Positions 36,473-46,029 of a stretch of 64,000 bases of DNA are shown in pieces (positions within the stretch are counted from its first letter, which is position 1; every line of letters starts with the position of its first letter). The position numbers were made by a program, and so were the translations under genes. A model generated the notes under the pieces. That model was not told the origin of the DNA. It ran no database searches and was given only the letters and a program-made list of their open reading frames with translations. Source of the DNA: Minisyncoccota bacterium (GTDB lineage Bacteria > Patescibacteriota > Minisyncoccia > Phycocordibacterales > SBAW01). The stretch is taken from positions 32,681 to 96,680 of the forward strand of contig DASZWN010000002.1 in assembly GCA_035546575.1 (NCBI GenBank). Reading direction: 5' to 3'.

Positions 36473-38482
36473 ATGCATTCTCTTATTAAAACAGGTACAA
36501 GAGGCTTCTCGATAATCGAGATGCTTATTGCTATGGCGCTCCTCACCTCGGCGCTTGCAGCAACCGTGCTGCTTTCCGCTGGTAATCGCTCGCTTGCAGT
36601 CGACGCACAGGTCGATTCCGAAGGTCTCACGGTTGCGGAAAAGTTTCTTGAGAGCGCGCAGGCTGCGGCGCGCAAAGACTTCCGCTTGGTAAATCCGACT
36701 ACGACGCTTGAAACAATAGGTCCTCTTACATACACCAAAAAGCTTGAGGTCGGTCCTATGTCGGACTTCTTTACTAAAACTGTTACCACTACGGTGTCGT
36801 GGCCGGGTACCTACGGACGCACGCAGCATATCTCGCTCACCTCGCTTGTGACCAATTTTGAAAACGTGATTGGCGGTGACACCTGCTACTCCCCGCTTGT
36901 AAATTCGCAAGGCGCGCCAAGCGCCAAGTGGGAGACGCCGAGCCAGCTCCAAGTAACGCCACCCATTACACTCGGCAGCGTCAGCGGTATCGACGACCCA
37001 TCGGGTGCATACCCGATCTCCGACATGGAGGTCTATCAACAAAAAATGTATATCGCCGTGGGGAGCAGCGCGCAAAATACCAGCATGACCATGGGTACTG
37101 CGGCAATCAATAAAAATACGACAGGTACCGCAGCCTGGTCGGGCGCGACGGGCGCGCTTGCGAGCGGTGGCAGCAGCGCAACCGTATCGCTCACCGGCAA
37201 CGCAACCAGTAACTACTTGTGGGTGACAGGATTCGGGACGAACTTCTCGATACCAAACGGCGCGACGATTCTGGGTATCCAAGTTGATGTAATGCGCAGT
37301 CCAAGCAACAGCAGCGCCATTGTCGATAACGGAGTGCGCCTTATAAAGGCGGACGGCACCCTTGCAGCAGACAACAAAGCAAAAACGACCACATGGGGGA
37401 GTGGCAACACCCAGGTAACCTACGGCGGCCCCGCAGACTTCTGGGGCGACTTATCGTGGTCTGCGGCTGCAATAAAAAACAGCGGCTTTGGTGTTGCGTT
37501 TTCTGCAAAGAATACGTCGTCACAGACACGCACGGCTAACGTCGACTACATTGGGGTGACCATTACGTACACCAAACAATTTTATGCGCTCAATCTTGCA
37601 ACGCCGACCAATCCATCGTTTGTAGGTCCGCTTGCTACAAGCACTATCAGCCAGGCGTTTAACGCAATTGCAAGCGATGGCAAATATGCCTACGTTGCAA
37701 CAGCATCGACAACCAAACAGCTTGCCGTCATCAGCGTATCCGGTTCGCAGCCTTCGGAGGTAAAAGACTTTGGCCTTTCAGGTGGTGCGGTCGGCAATGC
37801 GGTGTTTTATAAAGACGGCTATTTGTATCTTGGCCTCGCCAACTCAAGCGGGCCGGAGTTCACTATTATCGACGTACACAATCCGCTCAACATTCCTGCA
37901 ACTCCGACGGGCACATACGAGGTTGGGGCAGGGATCAACTCGATTTTCGTGCGCGGCAATTACGCGTACTTAGCAACCGACAACAACACGCAAGAATATA
38001 TCGTGTTGAGTCTGGCAGATTTGCTCCACCCCCAATTTGTCGGCGCTTATAACGCGCCGGGCAACAACACCACCGGCAACACATGGGGTCTCGGCAAAAG
38101 TCTGTATACCGTAGGCGACACGCTGTATGCAGGCCGCAATTGGACCAACAGCGGCAGCACACCACAGCTTGTCGTGCTTGATACTTCGGCAGCTACACCA
38201 GCTGCTGTTGGCAGTGGCAAGACACTCGGCACCAATATGTCTTTGCGGGGCATTGTGGTGCGCGATTACCTTGCTTTCTTGCTCACGGGCAGCGACACCC
38301 AAGGCGGCAATCTGCAGATTGCGAATGTGCGCGATCCGCTCAATATTCCTGCTACAGCCTCCATTCCGCTCCAAAGCGGAGGCAAGGGCGGAGCGGCGCT
38401 CGACTGCGAAGGAAATTATCTGTACGCTGCCTCAACCGATGCTGCAAACAAGGGCTATCTGACCGTTATCACCGCGATATGA
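36473..38482 (+). CDS. Prepilin N-terminal domain protein with a C-terminal LVIVD-repeat beta-propeller (669 aa)
   Basis: TRG/FSIIEMLIAMALL pilin signal. Repeats of the form YAYVATA / YLYLGLAN / YAYLATDN / YLYAAST with IIDVHNPLNIP-type motifs. Confidence 0.65.
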   Translation: MHSLIKTGTRGFSIIEMLIAMALLTSALAATVLLSAGNRSLAVDAQVDSEGLTVAEKFLESAQAAARKDFRLVNPTTTLETIGPLTYTKKLEVGPMSDFFTKTVTTTVSWPGTYGRTQHISLTSLVTNFENVIGGDTCYSPLVNSQGAPSAKWETPSQLQVTPPITLGSVSGIDDPSGAYPISDMEVYQQKMYIAVGSSAQNTSMTMGTAAINKNTTGTAAWSGATGALASGGSSATVSLTGNATSNYLWVTGFGTNFSIPNGATILGIQVDVMRSPSNSSAIVDNGVRLIKADGTLAADNKAKTTTWGSGNTQVTYGGPADFWGDLSWSAAAIKNSGFGVAFSAKNTSSQTRTANVDYIGVTITYTKQFYALNLATPTNPSFVGPLATSTISQAFNAIASDGKYAYVATASTTKQLAVISVSGSQPSEVKDFGLSGGAVGNAVFYKDGYLYLGLANSSGPEFTIIDVHNPLNIPATPTGTYEVGAGINSIFVRGNYAYLATDNNTQEYIVLSLADLLHPQFVGAYNAPGNNTTGNTWGLGKSLYTVGDTLYAGRNWTNSGSTPQLVVLDTSAATPAAVGSGKTLGTNMSLRGIVVRDYLAFLLTGSDTQGGNLQIANVRDPLNIPATASIPLQSGGKGGAALDCEGNYLYAASTDAANKGYLTVITAI

Positions 38483-39033
38483 GTAACCGCACTATATATA
38501 AAAGAGGGCCCGTCTCGACTCGCCGTCTTAGCCGAGGCGGATTTACGTTGATCGAGGCGCTGGTGTACCTGGGGCTTTTTGCACTACTCATGGGCGGCGC
38601 GGTCATTGCCTCATACGATGTATTCGAGTCCAGCGGCCGCGGCACCGCGCGCGGGCTCCTTGAGGAGGAGGGGAATTTTTTGCTTGCAAAAATAAGCTGG
38701 GCGCTCTCTGGAGCGCAGGCGGTCACGACACCAAACATAGCAACGCTTCCCTGCTCAGCGCCTTCTAATATGTTGAGCGTTGCCAAATGGGACGCGAGCG
38801 TGGGTGTGGTAACCGTGGCGCAGTCGGGCGGCAGCGCAACGCTTGCAAAATCGGGTACGACACTTGGCATTACTAGCCCCGATGTGCAGGTGAGCAACTT
38901 AGAGTTTACGCATTGCTGGGCAGGGGGGTCGAACCCGGAGAGTATCGAGACCACGTTTACGCTCTCGACGCGCAACAGCAGTGGCGCGCAGGTAAGCCAG
39001 GATTTTTCAAGCACCGAATATGTACGACGATAA
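38479..39033 (+). CDS. Prepilin-type minor pilin
   Basis: SRGG/FTLIEALVYLGLFALL pilin signal. Confidence 0.7.
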   Translation: MSNRTIYKRGPVSTRRLSRGGFTLIEALVYLGLFALLMGGAVIASYDVFESSGRGTARGLLEEEGNFLLAKISWALSGAQAVTTPNIATLPCSAPSNMLSVAKWDASVGVVTVAQSGGSATLAKSGTTLGITSPDVQVSNLEFTHCWAGGSNPESIETTFTLSTRNSSGAQVSQDFSSTEYVRR

Positions 39034-41788
39034 ACTACACAAACAAAAAGGTTTTATTGCACTAACCTCGGCGGTGATTATTTCTGCCGTACTCCTCACG
39101 CTCGCCACTACCGTGAGCGCCACATCGTTTTTCTCGCGGTTTAATGCGCTCAACAGCGAGTATAAAAGGACCTCGCTCGGTTTGGCAGAGTCGTGTGTCA
39201 ATGCGACGCTGCTTAAAATCGCCCAGGGTTACGGATATACCCTTACCGCTGATCCTGCGTATCAGGCTGGTATCGGCGTGCCGGTCAAGGTGGGCTCTAA
39301 TACGTGTACCGTTAAGGCGGCGTCGTATGTCTCCGCCGGCACTGGCAAGCGTTTATATACGATCACTACGCAAGGGCAATACAAAGGCGCGTTCAGCAAC
39401 ATCACCATAACGGCTACGGGCCAAGACCCGGCGTCCGCACCTGTTGTGCCTCCGCCTACGTGCGCGATGAGCTCGTCGGCCACCTCCGCTCCCGGCGGCA
39501 GCAAGGTAATATTTTCGTGGACCACGTCATCGAACGCAGCTTCTTTCTCTATCGATCATGCCGTTGCAGGACCGTTCCCGATCCCGAGCGGTTCAACCGG
39601 GCAGGTCACGCTGCCCCTGAGCCCAGGCGCAGTCACCTATACCGGTACTGCGGTGAATGCAGGCGGCCAAGGCCAGTGCAGTGTAGTAATTCAGGTCACT
39701 CCTCCGCCACCAGCGCCATCATGCGCCGACTCGGTGATGGTGCTCGACCGCACCGGCAGCCTTTTTGGATCTAATGCCGATGACGACGAGCGCAATGCGG
39801 CGCGTGCGCTTGTCGACCTGTATGCGGCAGTGACAACGGGCGCACCAAAAGTAGGCGTTGGGAGCTTTGGCGGTCTCGATGGCAGCGCCGCCTCGGTTCC
39901 ATCAGGCGGCTTCTTAAGCTCGGCATTTTCGACACTCAAGACAACCATCAACAGCATGATGTCAAACAGCAGCAGCGTTGGCAGCGATCTCTCGGCTGCC
40001 ATTACTGTCGGAGCGCAAGAGCTCAACAACACGACTCGCCATGTTGTCGACTCGACCACTCACGTATATCCGCAAAAGGTGCTCATTCTTGTGTCCGATG
40101 GTGATGCAAGCGCTCCAACGAGCGGCCCAACAAACCCCACCGGATATATGCGGCCAATCGGCAGCGCCTCGGACAACGGCGAGTCGTGGACTCGAGCCGA
40201 CGGCGCCTACAATGACGGCGGCACCGATGCATACGACCCGGTAAGCGAAAACGATCATGAGCGCTACACGACCTTTAGCTTCGGCGTCCCTTCAGGTGCC
40301 AGCATAAAGGGTATTGAGGCCCAGACAGATGCCTGGATTACAGAAACCCTTGGTACGGGAGTAAGTGTATTTAGCGACAACTTTGGTGCCGGCAGCACCG
40401 ACAGCAGCCTCAACGAGGCTCCTGCATGGACCGAGGGCGGCAGCAATGGCGCCGAAAAGCGCGCTGCGGGCAGCGGCAACGACACTGCAAGCTCCGATGG
40501 CGGCCGGTTTGCAGTGGTAGAAAATAATAGCTGGATCTGCGAGCAGATAGACGCGACCGGATTCAATGCACTCAGACTCTCGTACTTATGGCGCGGTGAC
40601 TCCGATGCCAACCAAAGCGACGATGACGGAATCGTCGAGTACCGCACAGGTGGTAGCTGCAATTCGAGCAGCTGGACCCAGCTCCAAAACCACGACCTGC
40701 GCACGTGGAGTACCTGGAGCACACAAGGAGCATTCTCGCTTCCTACAAGCCTCAATAATACGCAGTTTTATATCCGGTTCCGCGCGAGTTCAGATACAAA
40801 CGAGTACTTCCGCGTCGACGGAGTGTCTATTACGGGTACACCGATCCCCAGCACTTCATGCAAACTCGGCGTACAGGTGTGGAGCAAGAGCGACAATCAA
40901 TGGTCGAATGAAAAGTCCGTATCTCTTAGCGCCAACGAAACGCGCTACACCTTTGGTGCATCAAACGACTTGTGGGGCAACACATGGACCGATACCGATT
41001 TTTCTACAGCCAACTTTATGGCACGCGTGCATGCGATAGGCAACGCGGGTTGCTCAAGTACTGCAACGGCCCATCTCGACCTGTTGCAGCTCAATGTGAC
41101 CTATGCACAGCCTACAACGCCGTCGAGTGCCGCGCTGGCAGCAGCAGGACTCGCAAAGCAGACAGGCGGCTCGATTAATAGCAACGATACCGCGCCGATC
41201 AACATAGTTGCCATTCATTTTGGCAGCGCAGGTACTAACAACGCTAACCAAAACTTCCTACAGAGTCTTACAAGCCCGAGTCTGCTCCCAATCTCGAGTA
41301 TCCCGAGCGGGGGAGCCGTGCGCAGCGGCACTACGGTAACCGTTACTACGAGCGCGCCGCACAAGCTCTCCGTTAACCTGCGGGTGCAAATAAGCGGGCT
41401 CACCTCAAGCCTCAACGGAGCGTTCCGCGTCACCTCGGTCCCGACTCCGACAAAGTTCACCTACACCACGGCAGGGAGCGGTTCTGCGGTGAGTGGTCCG
41501 GGCATGGTAACGCCGACCAACCTTTTTATCGCTCCGTCATCGCCGCAGATGAGCGATATCTTCACTTCGATCGGTCTCCAGGTCTGTCCGGCGGCGGCAC
41601 CGCAGTGCTCCAACACCGTAGACGATGATGGCGACGGATTTATCGACTACCCGAGCGACCCGAGCTGCACCGACGCCACCGATAACGACGAGTGGACCGC
41701 CCCCGCTGCCCCTACACCGCCACCCCCTCCGCCACCCCCGCCCAATGTCTCGATTGGGTCGTGGCAGGAGGTACCGACCACACCATAG
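39020..41788 (+). CDS. Pilus tip-associated adhesin-like protein (PilY1/PilX-like) with a pilin-like N-terminus, a vWA domain and a poly-Pro C-terminus (922 aa)
   Basis: KG/FIALTSAVIISAVLL hydrophobic N-terminus. vWA-like VMVLDRTGSL...ILVSDGDAS around nt 39710-40220. The C-terminus is CSNTVDDDGDGFIDYPSDPSC...PTPPPPPPPPP. Confidence 0.55.
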   Translation: MYDDKLHKQKGFIALTSAVIISAVLLTLATTVSATSFFSRFNALNSEYKRTSLGLAESCVNATLLKIAQGYGYTLTADPAYQAGIGVPVKVGSNTCTVKAASYVSAGTGKRLYTITTQGQYKGAFSNITITATGQDPASAPVVPPPTCAMSSSATSAPGGSKVIFSWTTSSNAASFSIDHAVAGPFPIPSGSTGQVTLPLSPGAVTYTGTAVNAGGQGQCSVVIQVTPPPPAPSCADSVMVLDRTGSLFGSNADDDERNAARALVDLYAAVTTGAPKVGVGSFGGLDGSAASVPSGGFLSSAFSTLKTTINSMMSNSSSVGSDLSAAITVGAQELNNTTRHVVDSTTHVYPQKVLILVSDGDASAPTSGPTNPTGYMRPIGSASDNGESWTRADGAYNDGGTDAYDPVSENDHERYTTFSFGVPSGASIKGIEAQTDAWITETLGTGVSVFSDNFGAGSTDSSLNEAPAWTEGGSNGAEKRAAGSGNDTASSDGGRFAVVENNSWICEQIDATGFNALRLSYLWRGDSDANQSDDDGIVEYRTGGSCNSSSWTQLQNHDLRTWSTWSTQGAFSLPTSLNNTQFYIRFRASSDTNEYFRVDGVSITGTPIPSTSCKLGVQVWSKSDNQWSNEKSVSLSANETRYTFGASNDLWGNTWTDTDFSTANFMARVHAIGNAGCSSTATAHLDLLQLNVTYAQPTTPSSAALAAAGLAKQTGGSINSNDTAPINIVAIHFGSAGTNNANQNFLQSLTSPSLLPISSIPSGGAVRSGTTVTVTTSAPHKLSVNLRVQISGLTSSLNGAFRVTSVPTPTKFTYTTAGSGSAVSGPGMVTPTNLFIAPSSPQMSDIFTSIGLQVCPAAAPQCSNTVDDDGDGFIDYPSDPSCTDATDNDEWTAPAAPTPPPPPPPPPNVSIGSWQEVPTTP

Positions 41789-41877
41789 AGGCGGGGTTGT
41801 TACAAGGCGGGCGGGTTGTGTAGAGTGTGTGGCAGTCAGAAAACCTGGGAAGGTTACATTATTAGTTTTTTAGAAAT

Positions 41878-42384
41878 ATGAAACAATTTCTTCTAAGAGC
41901 ACAAAAGGGATTTACGCTTATCGAAATCCTCATCGTTATCGGCATCATCGCCATCTTGGCGGCGATCGTTATTATCGCCATTAACCCTGCCAAGCAGTTT
42001 GCGCAGGCTCGCAATACGCAGCGCGAGAGCAACGTTAATACTATCCTTAACGCGATAGGGCAGAACGTTGCGGACAATAAAGGTGTGTTTACATGCGGTA
42101 CGGTTACACTTCCGCCGGTGGCCACATTCGATGCGGCAGCAGGCACTCTTATCGGTACTGATTCGGGCAAGATTGACCTTACTTGTCTGAAGGACACATA
42201 CATTCCAACAGCTATTCCTACTGATCCGGGCGGCACCCTTTCTTCCGGTTCAGTTGCGGCAGGTACACCAGGCAATACCGGCTACACCGTTCAGGTCAAC
42301 AGTGTTGGTCGCGTATCCGTGTGCGCACCAAATCATGCAGAGACTTCGATCCCAGGGGCTACTACGTACTGCCTCACTCGCTAA
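41878..42384 (+). CDS. pilA: Major type IV pilin (PilA-like)
   Basis: MKQFLLRAQKG/FTLIEILIVIGIIAILAAIVIIAI canonical prepilin leader and alpha1 helix; two Cys pairs in the C-terminal half. Confidence 0.8.
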   Translation: MKQFLLRAQKGFTLIEILIVIGIIAILAAIVIIAINPAKQFAQARNTQRESNVNTILNAIGQNVADNKGVFTCGTVTLPPVATFDAAAGTLIGTDSGKIDLTCLKDTYIPTAIPTDPGGTLSSGSVAAGTPGNTGYTVQVNSVGRVSVCAPNHAETSIPGATTYCLTR

Positions 42385-42404
42385 TTCTCTTTATTTAGCA
42401 ACGC

Positions 42405-42431
42405 AAAAACCCGCCGTTATGGCGGGTTTTT
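42405..42431 (+). terminator. Intrinsic terminator after the major pilin gene
   Basis: AAAAACCCGCCgttatGGCGGGTTTTT. Confidence 0.65.
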
Positions 42432-42571
42432 GCGTGTTTGTCAATTTTGTTTCGCTGTGCAGAACTCCGATTGACTTTCTCTCTATTTGATAGTAGTACA
42501 TGGCCAGATTTATTGCTCCTGGGACCACGTTATTAGAAAACAGTAATTATCTATAAGCAACTATTATCACC

Positions 42572-44452
42572 ATGGCTAGCATGAATACAGATATTCGTCT
42601 CCCTTCGCGCACTAATCGTCCGGTAGCTTTTGTGACTGCTATCGCGATTGTCGCCTTTTCTATGGCGTTCGCGCTCTCGTTCGTTCCATCGAGCGCTTCC
42701 GCAGCATTTTTCTGGAATCCGTGGCATCACCAGCAGAATCCGACTGACACGCACTATACCGAGTGCCATAATCACGAGGATGACAACAACAACGGCGGCA
42801 TCGACCTCATGGATTCGGGCTGCGACGACGTAGACAATACTCCTCCTGTTGCAGGCAATCAGACCCTCATTACTAATCAGGACGCTGCTACGAGCACGGT
42901 GCTCACTGCGACAGACGACGACGAGGACCTCCTCTACTTTGCAACGACCAATCCGTCGCACGGCACACTCTCGGGCACATTGCCGGACGTTACTTACACG
43001 CCTGATGCAGGCTGGAGCGGTACCGACAGCTTTACCTTTACGGTTAACGACGGTCGTCCTGCCGACAACAGCACCGGCACTATCACTATTACCGTAGTCG
43101 CTACCGGTCCTCAGGCTCCGGCTTGCGATGGGTCGACCACATTCGATTCGTTTACGCTTGGTTCGGTCAACGGCCAGGGCGGGTGGACCATCAGCGGCCC
43201 GTACGATCAGGCGGTTGTGTCTAACACCTACGGGTTCTCAACCTTCGGCTGCCAGACGCTCCGCATCTCTAACTCTGTCACAAGCGGCAGCTTCGGCGAC
43301 CAGCTCTTCTCGCCATCGACCGCAAATGAGGCAGGCGAGACCAGCGCTCAAACATCGGCACTCTCAGGCGGTACTCGCCAGAATCACTTCGAGGCGCAGT
43401 TTGACGTAGCTTCGGCAGTACCGGCCGCTCAGCAGCCGGGTCTTATCATGGCAGTCTCTCCGGACCGCGGCGACGGTGCTCGCATGGCCTATGTCCGCTT
43501 TGAGGATCAGGCAGATGGTATCCACGTATTTACGCAGGACTACATTGATGCCGCTCCCATGGGCACACTCGAAGATCCGGCACCAGGCTGTGGAGACGAG
43601 GACGATTGGAATAATATCGATATCGCAACGCTCGATCGCACAGCTCCGCACACCATCAAGCTCACGATCGACTTTGTCGACGGGGCAGGCAACGACGTAT
43701 ATAAGGTATATGTAGACGGTGCGCTCAAGCACACAGGCACTACTTGGGAGGATTACTACCGCTGGTGTACTGAGTCTGGTGGAGGTGTCGCAAATGACGC
43801 CACGGCAGACGTAAGCCGCACGGTTGACTCGCTCCTCTTCCGCGAGAGCAGCACCGCAGTTCCTGCGAATGCAGGGAAAGGCTTCCTCGTTGACAATGTA
43901 TCGCTCTCGACAGGCGCAACGCCGGTAGTTGACCCTACCTGCGTCTCCGGTCAGCACCTCGAGAACCATGTGTGTGTTGCAGACGCAAACGGCAATGGTG
44001 GCGGCTCGTCAAACACTAACACCGGCAATGGCGGCGGCGGTGGCGGCACGGTAGTTGGACTTATCGGTAGCGTTAACACCAATCCAACCGGAAACACTTC
44101 TGGCGGACAGGTTCTCGGCGCATCGACCGACCTGCCTGCAGGCTGCTCGATCTACTTCGATGGTTACGTTAAGAAAGGCTCGACAAATACGGAGCTCATT
44201 AAAAAGCTCCAGACCTTCCTCAACAGCAATCTCGGTCTCAGCATTCCGATTACGGGTGTGTTTGGTCAAATGACACTCGATGCGGTTAACAAATTCCAGG
44301 TTAAATATGCAGACGAGATCCTTAAGCCTTGGTTCGACAAAGGCCTCTCAAAGGACATGAACCCAAGCGGCTATGTCTACAAGACAACGGCCCGCATGAT
44401 CAATCTCCTGAGCTGCTCAAGCCTCGAGATCCCGGTTCCGCAGCTTCCGTAA
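42572..44452 (+). CDS. Secreted cell-surface protein with Ig/cadherin-like repeats, a poly-Gly linker and a C-terminal peptidoglycan-binding domain
   Basis: Signal/TM N-terminus. Ig/cadherin-like repeats (TATDDDEDLLYFATTNPSHGTLSG..YTPDAGWSGTDSFTFTVNDG). The C-terminal module is CVSGQHLENHVCV-polyG-VVGLIG-GGQVLGAST plus PG_binding_1 (LQTFLNSNLGL...GVFGQMTLDAVNKFQ). Confidence 0.6.
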   Translation: MASMNTDIRLPSRTNRPVAFVTAIAIVAFSMAFALSFVPSSASAAFFWNPWHHQQNPTDTHYTECHNHEDDNNNGGIDLMDSGCDDVDNTPPVAGNQTLITNQDAATSTVLTATDDDEDLLYFATTNPSHGTLSGTLPDVTYTPDAGWSGTDSFTFTVNDGRPADNSTGTITITVVATGPQAPACDGSTTFDSFTLGSVNGQGGWTISGPYDQAVVSNTYGFSTFGCQTLRISNSVTSGSFGDQLFSPSTANEAGETSAQTSALSGGTRQNHFEAQFDVASAVPAAQQPGLIMAVSPDRGDGARMAYVRFEDQADGIHVFTQDYIDAAPMGTLEDPAPGCGDEDDWNNIDIATLDRTAPHTIKLTIDFVDGAGNDVYKVYVDGALKHTGTTWEDYYRWCTESGGGVANDATADVSRTVDSLLFRESSTAVPANAGKGFLVDNVSLSTGATPVVDPTCVSGQHLENHVCVADANGNGGGSSNTNTGNGGGGGGTVVGLIGSVNTNPTGNTSGGQVLGASTDLPAGCSIYFDGYVKKGSTNTELIKKLQTFLNSNLGLSIPITGVFGQMTLDAVNKFQVKYADEILKPWFDKGLSKDMNPSGYVYKTTARMINLLSCSSLEIPVPQLP

Positions 44453-44474
44453 TAGATTCTCAATAGGAGTCTGC

Positions 44475-44501
44475 AAACACCTCGCATATCGCGAGGTGTT
44501 T
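44475..44501. terminator. Bidirectional terminator
   Basis: AAACACCTCGC-atat-GCGAGGTGTTT. Confidence 0.6.
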
Positions 44502-44502
44502 G

Positions 44503-46026
44503 TTATTTAAGGTCGAGGAACGGCTCGAGGTAGTGGATTGCTACGCCGCCAAAGTTTTGATCAGAATCGAAAGCGCTGTAGATATCTTTAATGCTGGCAA
44601 GCAAGTCAGATTTTGAGAGGCCGTAAAAGGTGACATACGATGGGTCTACGTTGCCGGTCTCCTGCGCCACCACAATACTTGTGGAGTAGCCGCCTGTGCT
44701 TGCCTCATCTATTTCTGCTTGAGAGATCTCACGGGTGCCGCCGTCGCCCTCAAAAAAGTTACGGTAAGCCATGACAATGAGCGAACTGCCAGGCTTGCGC
44801 TCAAGTATCTTGAGTAGCTGGGTGAACGTATATGCGGTCGTGCCTTTGTACGAGACCGCCGGCGTCCACGCCTGTTTTGAGTCGTAAAAGTGGGGGATTA
44901 CGACAGAAAGTTTGCCCTCCACTTTTTGCATGCGAGTTGTGGACTCATCGATAAATTCCAAAAACTGCGTTAGTACTTGTGCTTTGTTGTCTTGATACTT
45001 AGGCAAGAGGTAGGGCTCTACATCGTACTGGAGCCCGCGGACCTGGGCGAGCGGGTAGAGCTTGTTGTACTCGGAGAGAAAGTTTATGAGCGCATATCCC
45101 TTCCAACGGTTTTCCGGATATGCCCAGTCTTTTGCCCCTCCTTCTATATCTATTGCAATCGATTTCTGGTTTGCCGCACTGACAATTGACGCTAATGCTC
45201 CGAAATACTTTTGCTTTTTTGCAGTTTTATCTGCCCCGTCTGGCAGGGCTGCAATGTCGAGGTAATCGTCTACTGTTATATAGAGTGTGTTAAAGCCGTT
45301 TTGTGCTGCGGCAGTGAGCATGCGCGCAGCGTAGCCGGTAGGCATCTCAGCGGGCGTATCCCAGACCCAAAGCCCCATTTCTTTTTTGGCTGCCGTAGAT
45401 GGCGCGACCGAAGAGATAGACTGAGCAGGCGAGGATACAGCAACCGCGGGAGCAGAGGCTCCTACAAACATAGTGTTTTGTGCACACACATCGCTACTGT
45501 TGTCTGCCGTTGCACATGCCTCGTTGTTGAGCTGGGCCGCCGAGGCGCTCGCCCGCGTGGTCGCGCTGATTACTTTCTGCGCGCGCGAGGAAAGCGTGCC
45601 GAGGGACCAGTAGTAGGTGCTTGCGGTTGGAGCGGGAGAAGCGGATACAAATGTTTCGGCATCGTCATAGTAAGCAGAAAAGCTCGTGTTCTGGCAAGCC
45701 TCAGTGCCTTGGTTGCTCACCGTAAAGGTATAGGTGATCGAGCCGCCGGGTTGGATTAGCTTGGTTGAGGGGACAAAGGAGAAGTGGAGTCCGCACCCCT
45801 CTGCAAGCGCCGCGGGGGCAGCTGGCGCTTGTCGGGAGGAGGTTGGAGGGCTGTTTTGTCGCTCGGTAAACTGCCCGATACTAGCGTCCGCCTTTTCTTC
45901 CTGAGTTGGTGTTGGTGTGCCAAGCAAGCCGGGCTCTACTTTGTTTGTTGTGGGCAGCGAGAGCGTCCACGCTACCATGAGCGCAATGCCGACGACCCCG
46001 GCAATTGAAAGTATTACTCGACTCAT
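44503..46026 (-). CDS. Membrane-anchored protein with a DUF11/CARDB-like domain and a C-terminal TIM-barrel glycoside-hydrolase-like domain
   Basis: N-terminal TM; GGSITYTFTVSNQGTEACQNTSF (DUF11-like); the C-terminal half resembles putative GH-like families (MGLWVWDT...NGFNTLYITV...IAIDIEG). Confidence 0.45.
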   Translation of the reverse strand: MSRVILSIAGVVGIALMVAWTLSLPTTNKVEPGLLGTPTPTQEEKADASIGQFTERQNSPPTSSRQAPAAPAALAEGCGLHFSFVPSTKLIQPGGSITYTFTVSNQGTEACQNTSFSAYYDDAETFVSASPAPTASTYYWSLGTLSSRAQKVISATTRASASAAQLNNEACATADNSSDVCAQNTMFVGASAPAVAVSSPAQSISSVAPSTAAKKEMGLWVWDTPAEMPTGYAARMLTAAAQNGFNTLYITVDDYLDIAALPDGADKTAKKQKYFGALASIVSAANQKSIAIDIEGGAKDWAYPENRWKGYALINFLSEYNKLYPLAQVRGLQYDVEPYLLPKYQDNKAQVLTQFLEFIDESTTRMQKVEGKLSVVIPHFYDSKQAWTPAVSYKGTTAYTFTQLLKILERKPGSSLIVMAYRNFFEGDGGTREISQAEIDEASTGGYSTSIVVAQETGNVDPSYVTFYGLSKSDLLASIKDIYSAFDSDQNFGGVAIHYLEPFLDLK

Positions 46027-46029
46027 ATG

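Noticed and set aside
43980-44060. GGC/GGT-rich runs (also 54000-54070) that look repetitive at the nucleotide level.
   Set aside because: They encode in-frame poly-Gly linkers inside well-supported ORFs and are not CRISPR or satellite arrays.
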